Positions 50,969 through 63,108 of a stretch of DNA of 64,000 nucleotides are shown here, in pieces. This DNA comes from Podarcis gaigeae. Its lineage: Eukaryota. How positions within the stretch are numbered: the first letter of the stretch is position 1; each line of letters begins with the position of its first letter. Both the position numbers and the translations under genes were made by a program. Location of the stretch: the NCBI GenBank assembly GCA_964106915.2, contig OZ066915.1; one strand, written 5' to 3'. The notes beneath the pieces are model-generated. The model worked only from the letters and a program-made list of their open reading frames with translations, was not told where the DNA came from and did not search any database.

Positions 50969-52506
50969 TATCAACACAAGCAGATAAGGATTTCCTCATA
51001 GGATGCTGTACTCCATCATTCCCGCAATGACATGTGTGTGTAAATTACCATCATGTGCATCTTTATATGAATGTTTGTGAAGAGATAGATATAAATTATT
51101 GCTTGGGGAATGGCTTGAAATGGACTCACATTGAACAATGATTTGAATGAACAGCACACGTTCATATAGGCTGGTGTTGCAGGAAAATATTCCTCTTGTT
51201 TGCATATCTCTTGATAACATAATAGACACATTTTGCTTGTGCTTAATATAGGTATTTGTAGTAAAGATGTGCCTGTGAGTGCCTCAGGACATAAAATAAT
51301 TATTGCTTGTGAACTACTTGTGTGGCATTATGAACATAACCAAAAGAGGTTGACCTTGGAGAGCATGTTACAACATGTATTCTATCTTGTGTGCAACAGA
51401 GGTATCAGCAGAAACTGTTATTCTACCAACTTTCTTCTCATGATTTCTTTCTACTTGTCACACATTTTTCCAGACTTAGTCCTTGGCAAAATATGTTTGT
51501 TTTCTTAATAAATATAGTTATTTAGAAAAAGAATTCTCTGGCTAAGTAACTGCTAATTCCTTCGTGTATATTTCCGATTTCAGCAGCTATTCATCTTCTT
51601 TTTTTCCCCTGGAGGGTTGGAGAAGATTGGCAAAATATGAAGATATAGAAAGAGGGCACAAAACAAACCAATATTTGCCTTTTCCACAGTTTAAACAATA
51701 ATAGTTGAATGTGACTTTAAGCTATAGCATCTCTTACTCAACTATGACAAAGCATCATCTGAGCAACACACATAACAGTTATTTAATGTCAAGTAGCACC
51801 TCTGAGACAGACTAATTTTAGTAGCATATAAGCTTCTGTAAGTTATGGCCTACGTTGTAAGGCTAGAATTAGAAGTAATGGAAGCAGGCAGGCAGTGTAT
51901 TACAGAGTTGCATTGTACATATTTAGAGAAAGGGATGCTTTTACCTGACTAGTTTGTGACCTTGAATATGAGAGTGTCTCTTGCTTGCATGGATGGAGAG
52001 ATGTGGGCAGTGTGGGAGTATGTAGAAACTTCTGGCTTTTGCGTAGCTCAAATATTGCCACACCTGTGTTCAACCAACTTTAGCCTCTGGCCTCACCCAC
52101 CACTGGCATGCAAACCCGGGAAGGTTGCCCATGACAAAATGCAGCCCCCAGGCTCAAAAAGTTTCACCACCGTAGCAGCTTCTTTGAACTGTTTCAGTCA
52201 TGGTTTCTTCTGTGGTTTTGGGAAAATTTCCATATTGGAGTTACTTCATTTCAAGGAATATATAGTACTAGTATGCTAATACTGAAACTCTTTCCAGAAA
52301 GCTAAGCAATAATGCATATTACCACAACTCTCAGGGATTTTGCCTTTTTTTCTCAAAGTTTCCAGCTGAAGGAAAATGTCAGGGCTGTTTTCTAAAGGAC
52401 CATTCCCCACCAGGTATTTTCAGTAGAGTCTGTATTCCCAGCCTTTTCTCTCTACTTTAAGGTTAAATCTACCCTATTTTCCATTGTGTACTTTCCAGTC
52501 TTACAG

Positions 52507-52590
52507 TGCACTCCTAAGCATGTTAACTTGGAAATAAATCCCGCTGAGTTCTGTGTGATTCACTCTGTGGTGAGTGTGCTTATGATTGCA
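52507..52590. repeat. 84-bp palindromic dispersed repeat
   Basis: TGCACTCCTAAGCA ... TGCTTATGATTGCA, collinear with 55244-55327. Confidence 0.75.
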
Positions 52591-53201
52591 TTCCTTTCTC
52601 TCTGCCTGAGATTCATCAATATGAACACAATAAATCTATGAACACATGAGAAAGCAAGTAATAATACTTCTGCTATAAGAGGAACTAGGTTGAGAATCAG
52701 TAAATGTCTATAGGCCCCACTGAATTGTCTGAGCTCTTAGGCTTCACCTCCTGAACAGCCCTCAGTTTTCTACATCTCAGAAAGGTGGTATTGAAGAATC
52801 AACCACTTAGAGGCCATTTACTGTGGACTCATGGAAAAGATAAAGTGCAAACTAGCTCTAATCAAAGGGAGCAATTCAATGTAGCATTATGGCAGTTGTT
52901 CTGAAAGCACAGACTTTTCAGCTTGCCAGTTGGAACAATCTCCCCTCTCCTCCCCACGCACTGTTCTGGGGGATTTCCTGATGTCCAAACAAACCATTTT
53001 GGGGAAAGAGAGGGAGCAAGTCCTGTTGCTCCAGCAGAAGCCATTGTGCAAATGAAGTTGTCAGAAAATATTGTACTAATTTCTAGTAACTTTATTAATC
53101 CATGCAAATAATTTGAAGGGACTAGGCCTTACTTATGATAGTCATTGCCTTCTAAACCTATTTCATTCAGATATCGAATTGCTGGTCTTGTAATAAAAAT
53201 A

Positions 53202-53432
53202 CAGTGGAAACTTGGGTTGCGAACGTGATCCGTGCGGGAGGCATGTTCACAGCCCACTGCGTTCGCAACCCGCAGTGCCGCGTCTGCGCACATGCGTGAC
53301 GTGATTCGGCACTTCTGCACATGCGCAAAGTGCAATTTAGTGCCGAAACCCAGAAGTTCCGGTACTTCCAGGTTTCGGCACGTCCGTAACCAAAAATGCA
53401 ACCCGCAGCGATCGCAACCCGAGGTATGACTG
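53202..53432. mobile_element. pogo/Tigger-type MITE, subfamily D, CpG-rich
   Basis: TA|CAGTGGAAACTTGGGTTGCGA ... TCGCAACCCGAGGTATGACTG|TA, with internal CGCAACCCG repeats. Confidence 0.92.
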
Positions 53433-53619
53433 TACGTAACTTGTTCTTCAGATTAGCCTCCATAGCTGAGAAAAGGGAAAGTAGCAGTGCAACACTGATT
53501 TTTTAGAAAGAATCCAGGGGGGACCCTGGGAAATACAATCCTGGTTAGTATTGTTAAAGATAATATAACCAAGTATATAGGTTATTTCTTGCTGAAGCTG
53601 AGCCTGTATGTCCTGTCTG

Positions 53620-54872
53620 TTAGAGCTCTTTGCGAGTGTCAAGAGGATAGATAGAGGTGATCCAGTTAACACAGTGTATTTGGAGTTTTAAACAGCTTTG
53701 AAAAAGGCACCTCACCAAAAACTACTGCATAAGCTTAGTGGTCATGGAGTAAGAGGAGAAGAGTTGGTTAAGTAGCAGGAATATGAGAGTGGGGATAAAC
53801 GGATAGCTCCCGAAGTAGAGAGATGTAGATAATGGAGTCCCCCACAGATCAGTACTAGGACTTGTTCTTTCTAACTTGTTCATAAATGATCTAGCATTAG
53901 AAGTGAGCAATGAGATGGCCAGGTTTCTGATACTAGTTGTTCAGAGTTATTAAAACAAAAAGGGATTATGAAGAGCTCCAAAAGGACCTCTCAAAGTTTA
54001 GTGAATAGGTGGTAAAATGTCAAATGCAGTTTCAATGTAAACAAGTGCAAAATAATGCATGTTAGGACAAAACAAACATATACAGTCAAAATTTGAACTG
54101 ATGGTGACTGGTGACTGATCAGGAAAGAGATCTTTGGGTCATAGTGGAGAACTCAGTGAAGATGTCGACTCAGTGTGTGTGGCAGCTATGCCAAAGGCAA
54201 ATTCCATGCTAGGGATCATTAGGAAATGAATTGAAAATAAAACTGCAGACATCATAATGCTCTTATACGAATCTATGATACAACCACATTTGTGTGCAGT
54301 TCTGGTCACCTCACCTCCAAAAGAATATTGTAGAGTTGAAAAGGTTCAGAATGATCAAAGGGATTGAGCAACATTCCTGTGAGAAAAGGTTGCGGCATTT
54401 GGGCCTTTTTAGGTTAGAGGAAATGTGAGTAAGAGGTGACATAAAAGTTTATAAAATTATGCATGGCACGGAGAAAGTGGGCAGAGAAAATCTGTTCTCC
54501 TTCTCACTATGCTAGGTCTTGTTCTGAACCTCTTTGTGATCTTCAGATGAAGGGCGGTATACAAATTAAACAAACAAACAAATACGTATGGAATGCTTCT
54601 TTATGCAGTACATGGTTAAACTATGGAACTTCCATGAGACACAGTGATTATCATCAACTTGGGTGGCTATAAAATAAAATTAGACAAATTCATGGAGGGT
54701 AAGTCTGTTGATGGCTTGTGGAAACCAGTTGCTGAATATTGCAAGAGGGGAGAGTATTGTTGTGTTCAGGTCTTGCTTGTAAACCAGAACAGGCATCTGG
54801 TTGGCCACTGTGAGAAACAGATGCTGGACTAGATGGGCCATTGGCCTGATCCAGCAGGCTTTTATTGTGTTC
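53620..54872 (+). mobile_element. Decayed 5'-truncated CR1 LINE: reverse transcriptase region to 3' UTR
   Basis: Broken translation DRGDPVNTVYLEF*TA, NGVPHRSVLGLVLSNLFINDL, YEELQKDLSK and FNVNKCKIMH matches CR1 RT motifs (YLDFQKAFD, GVPQGSVLGP, FADD eroded). CR1 tail GATGGGCCATTGGCCTGATCCAGCAGGCT. Confidence 0.95.
54516..54584 (+). mobile_element. L2-type 3' tail nested in the CR1
   Basis: GATGAAGGGCGGTATACAAAT followed by (AAAC)n/AAATA, the typical end of L2 and L2-dependent SINEs. Confidence 0.7.
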
Positions 54873-55243
54873 ATCACAAAATTAAGAACAACATTGGAAA
54901 TCTCGACATCCAGTGGATGATAACCCCAACATCTCTCTGACAAATTTTTAAGTATGACTTGTAGTCATGATAATTACACCAAAAACTGCTTTAAACCCCA
55001 TTGTTGTCAGGATGATAGGAGACTTCACAGGTGAAGATTAATTAAATGAAATGTTGATCAGCAGTAGTTTTCTTTTTGATGTGGGGAATTGGAAATAGTT
55101 TTCCAAGTTCTTCCAAAGGAGTAACAGCGATGTGTGCAGAACTGGAGAGTAGTTTGTGTACTGCCATAGCCTGTAGAAGATTTTAGATTTAACTTATGTT
55201 TATCAAAGAGCCAAGTGCATTTTGAAGCTTTATCTTCAATGCA

Positions 55244-55327
55244 TGCAATCCTAAGCATGTTTTTTCAGAATTAAGTTCCGCACAGTTCAATGGAATTTAC
55301 TCCATGATAAAAGTGCTTAGGGTTGCA
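55244..55327. repeat. 84-bp palindromic dispersed repeat
   Basis: TGCAATCCTAAGCA ... TGCTTAGGGTTGCA (13/14 inverted), core TAAGTTCC...AGTTCAATGGAATTTACTCC. Confidence 0.8.
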
Positions 55328-56824
55328 ACTTTGCACAAAATGATTAGACAATTGATGCTGATATAATTGGGAAATGGAGTGTTTCTGGTCATGAAGCAAA
55401 AGTTTAGTGTGCTAAACTGCTAAAAGATATTTCCAAAAAGATTATCAGACCCTAAGGAGATTATCTGGGACAAGACATTTCATTATTAGAGAAAAGCAGC
55501 AGATGTGCAAGCTCAAAATCTTTTAAAAATCTGGCCATCATTACAAAAACTAAAGATCAGTCTGATGCCTTGGAAGCAAAATAAATAAACAAGTCTTAAA
55601 GCTTTGGTGATTTGGGACCCAGATTATCCATATACTAGCCCAAACCAAACTTCCAGAGCTTAAGATCCTGAACAGTATATAAATTTCGATCCTTCTCTAA
55701 GGACCGCATTTTGCACAGCTATTTTTGCACTGTTATTTCCCACCTTGTGATATGTACAGTAGTTGCTTAGTGTATCGTTTCTCCTGGGTGCTTGGCTGCT
55801 GACATTGATTTATTTAAAATAAAAATGCGCTGAAGCATTTATTTGAGAAATGAGAACACTGAAATTTATAGAAATTTGTAGAAAATGCCACAGAGAAAAA
55901 AGTGAAAAGCACAGCAATGTGTGTGAATTACAGGTATCCTCTTGCAATGTTGCTTTTACATTGTGATATATATATTTGCAAAGCGATAAGGTTACGTAGA
56001 CATCATGGGTGATTAGCTGCGCTTGATCAAAATTCACATGTTTTAATTTGGCAAGTGTTAAAAACGATCAGGTTCAGTATAGGTTGTTTTTTTGCTGGTT
56101 GGGGGTTAAGCAAGGAACACTGACATTATTTTATCATGTGGAAGATTTTTTAAAACTTAAATTGCTCTGATGCTAAAGTGGTATTTTTCATAATAATCCT
56201 ATTTGGAATACTCCAGTATATAATTCCATAAGGAAGGAACCAGTATGGCTGTATCAAAATGTATTTTTAGTTTATGAAAGTAAGTACAGAATTGTATAAA
56301 ATGAGGAGGGAATTAGAGGTTTTCTGAGCCTTGTAGTAGAATTGTGCCATAGAGATATAGCTACTTCTTGAATTTTATAGGATGGGGGGGGCTGAAGTGT
56401 TTGTCACTGTTATAGGATTAGGTTGTTAGTCTGGATGTCATCTTTGGATCCCTTCCAAGCCTATAATTTTATAATTGTAGAATGGGATTATGTAGAGGAA
56501 GAGGTTGTATAAGTGATCAAATGTCTCCTTTTTAAGCCAGGTCTGCTAAGTATCCCTTTGCATGACTAAACAGTTGGCTAAGTACAGGCGTGTTGCCTTA
56601 CAAACTACAACTCTGAGATGCTTCCAGGAGACGGAGGCAGGCCTTCCCACCTTACATGGCTGGAGGCATGAAAAATAAGCCAGGGACCCGTCTTGTCTTA
56701 TCTTGAGCTGGGAAAAGTCAAGAGAGGCTTAGTTTGGTTTCTGTGTGGAACCAAAGCTTTGACTTTGGAACCCCTATTTACAAACCTCAAAGAGAAGCAA
56801 AATCTGTTGTGGTGTTAATCAGGC

Positions 56825-57300
56825 TGTGGTGACCCATGCTGTGCTTACCTTCCATATGGACTACTCTAGAGCACTTTAGGTGGGAATGTCATTCAAAATG
56901 TTCTAGACTGGTTTGAACTGCAGCTTCCAGATATTGAGAGGGACTGCTACATATCATAGAAATCTTAAAGGAGCTCCACTGGCTGCTGCTATGCTTACAG
57001 TCTGAATTCATGGCGCTGCTGTTAACCCACAATGTCCCAAATGAATCTGAATCAACATTTCTCAGTATATCATGTAGTCTGTGCTTTGAGCAGTGACATG
57101 CGATAGAGCCTTCTCTAAATGTGGAAATAGTTTTTCAGCACCAGGGAATTAATGAGTAGATAGTCACTGCTGTGGTCGATATATTTTGTTTTACTATTAT
57201 TTTATCTGTTTTTACTGTGTTGATTTATTAGTTGTTTTGTTACTTACCCTGTAATATTTTGATGAAGAGGAGATAAAAACTGTACCTAAATAAATAAATA
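56825..57300 (+). mobile_element. Decayed L2 LINE 3' portion
   Basis: VTHAVLTFHMDYS.AL*VG and ILKELHWL resemble L2 HALVTSRLDYCNALY and LKQLHWLP. Ends with a T-rich UTR and (TAAA)n. Confidence 0.8.
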
Positions 57301-57612
57301 GTATGGTTGAACTGTGGAATTTGCTACTACAAGATAATGATAGCTGGCAACTTGGATGGCTTTAAGAGAGAATTATACATATTCCTGGAGGATACGGCTG
57401 TCTATTGCTGCTGGTCCAGAAAGCTATATTACCTTCAATATTGGAGAAACGTATGCTACTGGAGACCAGTTACTAATAATCACAAGTGGGAGAGTGCTAT
57501 GGCACTCATGTCTTACTTTTGTGGGCTTCCAATGGACATTTAAAGGAACAGAATGCTGGACCTTATTGGCCTATATTCTGATCTGGCAGGATTCTTCTTA
57601 TGCTCTTCATGT
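57301..57612 (+). mobile_element. CR1 3' end fragment
   Basis: AACTGTGGAATTTGCT...AACTTGGATGGCTTTAAGAGAGAATTA...ATTCCTGGAGGATA...AACAGAATGCTGGAC...CTTCTTATG. Confidence 0.85.
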
Positions 57613-58060
57613 TAGTCTATAATCCCATCCACACTTACTTGAGAGTAAGCCCCAGAGATCACAGCTATACTGATTGTTCAGTTTGTGCCATTGCTCTCAG
57701 TTCCTTGCTTTTGACCTCTCTCCAAGCTATTAATTCATTTCTTATCAGCTGCAAATCTTTATCCAGTGAGCCTGTTAAATAAGCTGGTTGAGGCATGTTT
57801 TATATGTGAGAACATTAAGCACTGTATGTGAGGTTAGATGTTCCAGTTAAAATGCAGCCTTTGTCAAACATATCTACGCTCACATTTATTCATTAGTGGT
57901 ATTTTCCTGCTAACACTGATAGTAAACATCTTGGAATTTGCTTCAGATCTCCCACCCACCAAGGTGAAGTCCCACAAGAGTTTAATTTACCCAAGGAACT
58001 CTTAATCATCTAAAGAAATATGTACCTTTTGATTACCTCCTACACATGTTTTTCTTGTAG

Positions 58061-58126
58061 TGGCACGTTCTCATGATGACTTAATATTACCAGTAGATAC
58101 TTCCATGCCTCATAGTTCTAACGAAG
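58061..58126 (+). CDS. Candidate 66-nt symmetric cassette exon, (V)ARSHDDLILPVDTSMPHSSNE(G)
   Basis: Strong acceptor ATGTTTTTCTTGTAG, donor GAAG|GTCAGA, open in phase 1-1. No homolog recognised. Confidence 0.22.
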
Positions 58127-59474
58127 GTCAGAAAGTTCACAAAGTTTAAACCAACCAATGTTATATTCAGAATAATCAGTAACTGTTTTCCTGAAATGAA
58201 ACTGGGAGACAAAAATACACTCTTCCTTATAGGAGTGCAGCAACGAAACAACAAGGCAGAAGTTTGCATAAGTAGTGAGTATCTTGTAAGTTGTTTAAAT
58301 TCTACTACTATGATATTAATATAAATATTCATATAAAGAAGTACAATTACTTCAAGAGTTAACAGCAAAATAGAAATACAAGCCACCAAGTGGCGGAATA
58401 ATTTTTATAATGATTTTCATTAGGTTTAAGTACTTTTGTTCAATACCTCCTCTTTCTCACTATTTCTTTCCTTATTTTCATCTGCTCTGTGGTGTGCCCC
58501 CAAAAATGAATGAAGGTTCTACTTTGGGAACAAACAAATTACTGCAGTCACAGATTCCAGAGTATTCTTCAGGTCAGCAGTCCTCAGCAAAATAGCACCT
58601 ATTTTGTTATTATTAGAGTAGCCCTCAAATGCATGAATTCGAATGATTCAAGAAAGATAGGGAAAGAAAGATAAACATAAGAGATAATTTTTGCATTAGA
58701 AATGCAGTTGTTAGCATATGCTATCAAGTATGGTATAAATGGCACTTTGTGTGGGCTTGCAGTAGAATGTTGACTTAGTAAATGTAGCAGAAACAACCTA
58801 TATAGTCTGTAAAGTATCAATATCAGTTGCTGATTTACAGGATACCATACAGTGTTTTTAGTTGTGTTCACATTCAAATAAACAGGGAGAGTAGTTCAGA
58901 TACTAGGTCTGCATTGGTTCGATAGATCAGTGAGTACATGAAAGTGAAGGATATATAACTCAGTGTTTCTGGGTAGAGAATGGGTTAATTTATCCATCTC
59001 TGCATCTTCCACAAAGATGGACTGATCTTCCACAGTCTGGGTAAGTGTACAGAGCTGTCACTAACAAGATATGTCTAGGTGGCTTCATCATAATGAAGAT
59101 AAAAGCATACCCATTGCTGCTATAGATTTTCCTGCCTTAATGATGCCTGCAAAATGTGTTTTATTGTTTAGTAGAATCCCTTTCAGAGAAACTTGTTTAA
59201 AGGGCCATCTGAAATTGCCAGAGGACCAAAAGTGTTACCCTTCATTGATGGGCAAAGAAGCAAACTGAACAGTGTGTGTATGTGTAAGCAGGCACATGCT
59301 GTACCAATGCAGTGATGTCTCAGGCAGTTGTGTTTGTAAAATTCCCAATTACAGAAAAAGATTCGGAGAGCTTTTTGCTATAAGTAATTATGCCACTACC
59401 AGAAGAAAAGTGATAAGGAACTTCACTGTGTAATAATTTAAGTTGAGTTTCTTTAAAAATGGTTTGTATACCCA

Positions 59475-59632
59475 TGGACTTTGGTAAACTTTCATAATAT
59501 GGTGCCCTGTACGAGACCAAAATTTGGTGTTTCCAGATGGATCTTCTCAATTATGGATCTGCACTATTTTTCACCCTCTCGGCTTGTGCCCTGGGCAGAG
59601 GAATCGCCTACACCACCCTAAATTGGGTGCTG
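59475..59632 (+). mobile_element. Decayed non-autonomous DNA element, same family as 22810-22938
   Basis: Shared CCAAAATTTGGTG / ATGGATCTTCTCAATT blocks and terminal GGTGCTG. Confidence 0.7.
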
Positions 59633-60107
59633 ATATACCTAGGCACGGGTTGCATTGTACGTCCTGGTTTGTAATTTTGCTTACTTCTGCAAATATCTTC
59701 TGCAAATGGTTGCACTAATTCACATGTCCACCACATATGGAAATTTGTGCCAATTACATTGCAACATGTCTAGTGTGCTGAAGAGGATGCTTTGTCTATA
59801 TAGCTGTGTTAGATGCCAACTTAAAAGAGTTTTCTCTAATGTGTATTGATGTTGATTTTAGGGGGAGGGGTTGACCAGGGGAAGAGCCTTAGAGAGCTGT
59901 CAGAAGTCAGGGACATTCAGTTCTTGGGGCTGCTTTGTTGGGGCAAGACCTACTGGGAAGAGTTGCTGTGATCCCTAGGCCTGCACTGTTTTGGTTTCTT
60001 TGAATAAAGAATAAAGAGTTCACTAACACCAAGTGGCTTATTGCTGACCTGCTCCCTCTAATGCCTCTACCCCCTGTGTGGATGTTTAGATGTGGACTAA
60101 AGACATA

Positions 60108-60344
60108 GCAGGGAATTCAGCATTGAGTTATGTCAAATGTTCCATCAGCATAAACATTACAGCTAGCCAGATGGAATGATCCCTACTCTCCTCCCCTGCA
60201 TGCTATTCTGGGGGTAATCTAGATACCATCCCACAGCCCTGAGTCAATTTCAAGAGGCGGTGAAGGAGGGAGGGAGGGAGGGGAGCCCTTATGTGCAAGC
60301 AGAAGTCCTTGCAGAGTCCTTGTTTCCGCTGATGAATCCCGCCC
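60108..60344. mobile_element. Old MITE-like element (possibly PIF/Harbinger type); relatives near 24360-24550 and 52900-53080
   Basis: Termini GGGAATTCA / TGAATCCCGCCC. Shares TGGAA..ATC.C...CTCTCCTCCCC..G...TGTTCTGGGGG and GCAGAAG.C with the 52.9 kb copy. Confidence 0.55.
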
Positions 60345-60943
60345 ATACTTATTTCTGGGGGCCTTTGAGTCATGGATAGTTACTGCAATCTCAGCTGCTG
60401 CCCTGGGTTCCCATGGGAGAATGGGTAGTATAAAAATAAAACAAATCTAAACTAAAATAAAATAAACTATAAAATAATCTATATCTCAAGGCAATTCATT
60501 TGGATTTATCTTTCAACAGTCAGTCTGCATTCAGTGCCCACTTTGTATGCCCACTGGACTATCTTAGGATCACGGGGTTGGGTGGTGTGTTTGTGTGTGC
60601 CCAATTTTAGTGGCATTAAAATTTTGAGTTACTGCATTCTACAGGAAGCTCTCACTTCCAACCCTGGGAATATATAAAAATAGTTTCTCAGCAGGAACAA
60701 AGAAATGACCTTTACAAACAATGAGATGGTTCTCTCTACACTTTTATATTTATGTGTCTCTTCTTCCATCTGCTTTTTCCATTCTCTGCATTCCATTCCC
60801 CTCCCCATCAGGTATCACACTTCTTTTAACTGTTAGTCCGTATGTGGCAGGAATTCATTTATAATTTTTGAATGTTGTGCTTCTGTAAACCTTTGGGTTA
60901 CGTTGACTCTGCTGCAAACTTCCTCTTGTGCTTGGGTGGTGCC

Positions 60944-61105
60944 TGTTGTTGTTGTTTAGTCGTCTTAGTTGTGTTCGACTCTCCTGACCGCATGAACCAG
61001 AGTATGCCTTGGAAATTCTCACTTTCTTCTCAAGGCTTCTCCTTTTTTTATGTCCATGGAGTTTTCTTGGCAAAATACTGGAGTGGTTTGCCAGTTTCTT
61101 CTCCA
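60944..61105 (-). mobile_element. Short RTE/BovB-derived element (Bov-A-like)
   Basis: Reverse strand TGGAGAAGAAACTGGCAAACCACTCCAGTATTTTGCCAAGAAAACTCCATGGACA ... GAGTCGAACACAACTAAGACGACTAAACAACAACAACA. Confidence 0.85.
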
Positions 61106-63108
61106 AAGACACTGTATTAGAATCAGTATTTAGATGACAATGATGATTACAAAAGACACCATAGTTCTTCAGTCCTCTATCAACCTACTCTTTATCTGAA
61201 AAAGCTTTCCTAGACTAGCCTTTGACTCCAGAAAGTGAGGATCTTAAAATTCTACATTTTTGTTATTATATGTGACTTATAACTAAATTATAATAAGCAC
61301 CATCTAACGACTGGATTTTTAGCTTCATGAAACCCTATTTGCTTCAATGGGGACATTTTGCTTTTGTAAATGCATATAGAATTGTTTCTGCCAAACATAA
61401 ACTGGAAAACTATAAGCTAGGGCTTGCTGAATGGCAATTAGGCTATGATTGCTCCCTCAGACTGCTCGTGTATTATTTCCGTTACCAGTTAATATTCAGT
61501 GTGTGGCTATAAAACTTAAAATAAACAGGGCCTCGGGTAGAAAGAGAGAGAGAATATAGTGCAAACTTGAAGGGCAGTCACAGTGCAAAAGGTGTTTATC
61601 AAGTCCTATCAGGAATGGTGAAGAGATAATATTTCAAGATATTTTAATCAGCACAATCTGCATATTTATTATATGTTGAGTCTCTTCGTATCAGCTATAC
61701 AGCTGGAAAATGTTGCCACATATTAAAAAGCTGGAATATGTTGCCTGTAAAAGATAATGAATGTCAAAGAACTTTTTGCCAGTGTTCTTTAACTGATAAA
61801 GTTTCTGTCAGGCGCTTCTTGCAAGCCCAGTCAGGCAGATTTTTTACTTTTGACCACTGTGTAAAAGGCCATTCTATTTAACTAAAACATTTGCTGCTGT
61901 TCACCATTTCTGAAACCTACACAGTAAAGTGTTTTGGGATCCTTGGGTTACTGCAAAGGAAGCGAATAAACTGTGTTAAGTGCTGTGGCTTATGGGAAAA
62001 AATAATATCCCAAAGCTTTACTCTACATCGAGCATTCTTTATAAATTTGAAACATGGCAACTGAGTGTGGCACATGACTGAATGGAGCTAAGTTTTCTGA
62101 ACAAAGGAGGTGCCCATATAGAGGGAGGTGATTGAAGGACGTAGCATTTCCCTGGCAAAGTCATGGCTTCATGTTTAATTTAACAAAACATTAAACATTT
62201 CATGTTTAATTTAATGAAACAGAAGAACATTAGGATTTATAACCTTAATGACACCATGTCAAGTGCTATATAATATGAACTGCACTGCATCTTGCAAAGG
62301 ACGTGCATACATAGAAAATAGATTCCAAGTGCTTTTTGCTGTGTCATTGGTGTGTGGCGGGGGAGGGGCAGAAAACAACTTCAGCAACAACAATAGCAAA
62401 AGCAACACATTAGGCATGCACCACTAGCCGAGCTAATTTTAGGGGTGCTATTAGGAGGCATTTAGGCAAATCTTCTAGCATTTAGCATCAGCACAAATGC
62501 AGTTGTTTCCTTACTACTAGTACCTCTGAAAAAAAAGGTCAGATGCTGTTCAAGGGAAGAAAAGATCACTCCTTAACTCTTACCTAGCGGAAGGTTTGGA
62601 AAAACTACAACACCAAAGAGGCAAAGTTGGCTCCAAATTTTTTTAGTAAAGTAACTGAATTATGAGCAGATACTAATTGAACTTCCAGAGCTGCTGTCAG
62701 ATTAACTGTATCCCCATATATTATTTTAGCCATTAGATCATATGGCTGTGTTGATGGGTAGCATTTTGCCTTTTTTGTAGAAAGGAAAGTATTCCTTTAT
62801 TATTTTTGAAATGCTGATAAATAAGCAATCATTTCAGCTGCATCTGAGTGTGCTTTTGACATTTTTGGCAGTCCTTTTTTTGGAATATGGAAAATGCTTC
62901 TTCAAAAGATAATGAATTATGTTAGTAAATAATTGTATAGAATCTTCATGAATTGTTTTGAAAACAGTAAGGAACTATTTTTTTCACTTGTGAATAATTC
63001 TCAGCTCAAAATGTGAGTTGCGATTGTCAAGTATTTGTAAACCCACTTCCAAAGACAAAATAACCTTTCTATAATAATTATTATAGAATAATAACGTGGG
63101 TTGTATTC

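Noticed and set aside
59017-59046. 24-nt microexon candidate before a perfect GTAAGT
   Set aside because: Weak AAG acceptor inside a local ATCTTCCACA duplication; expected by chance.
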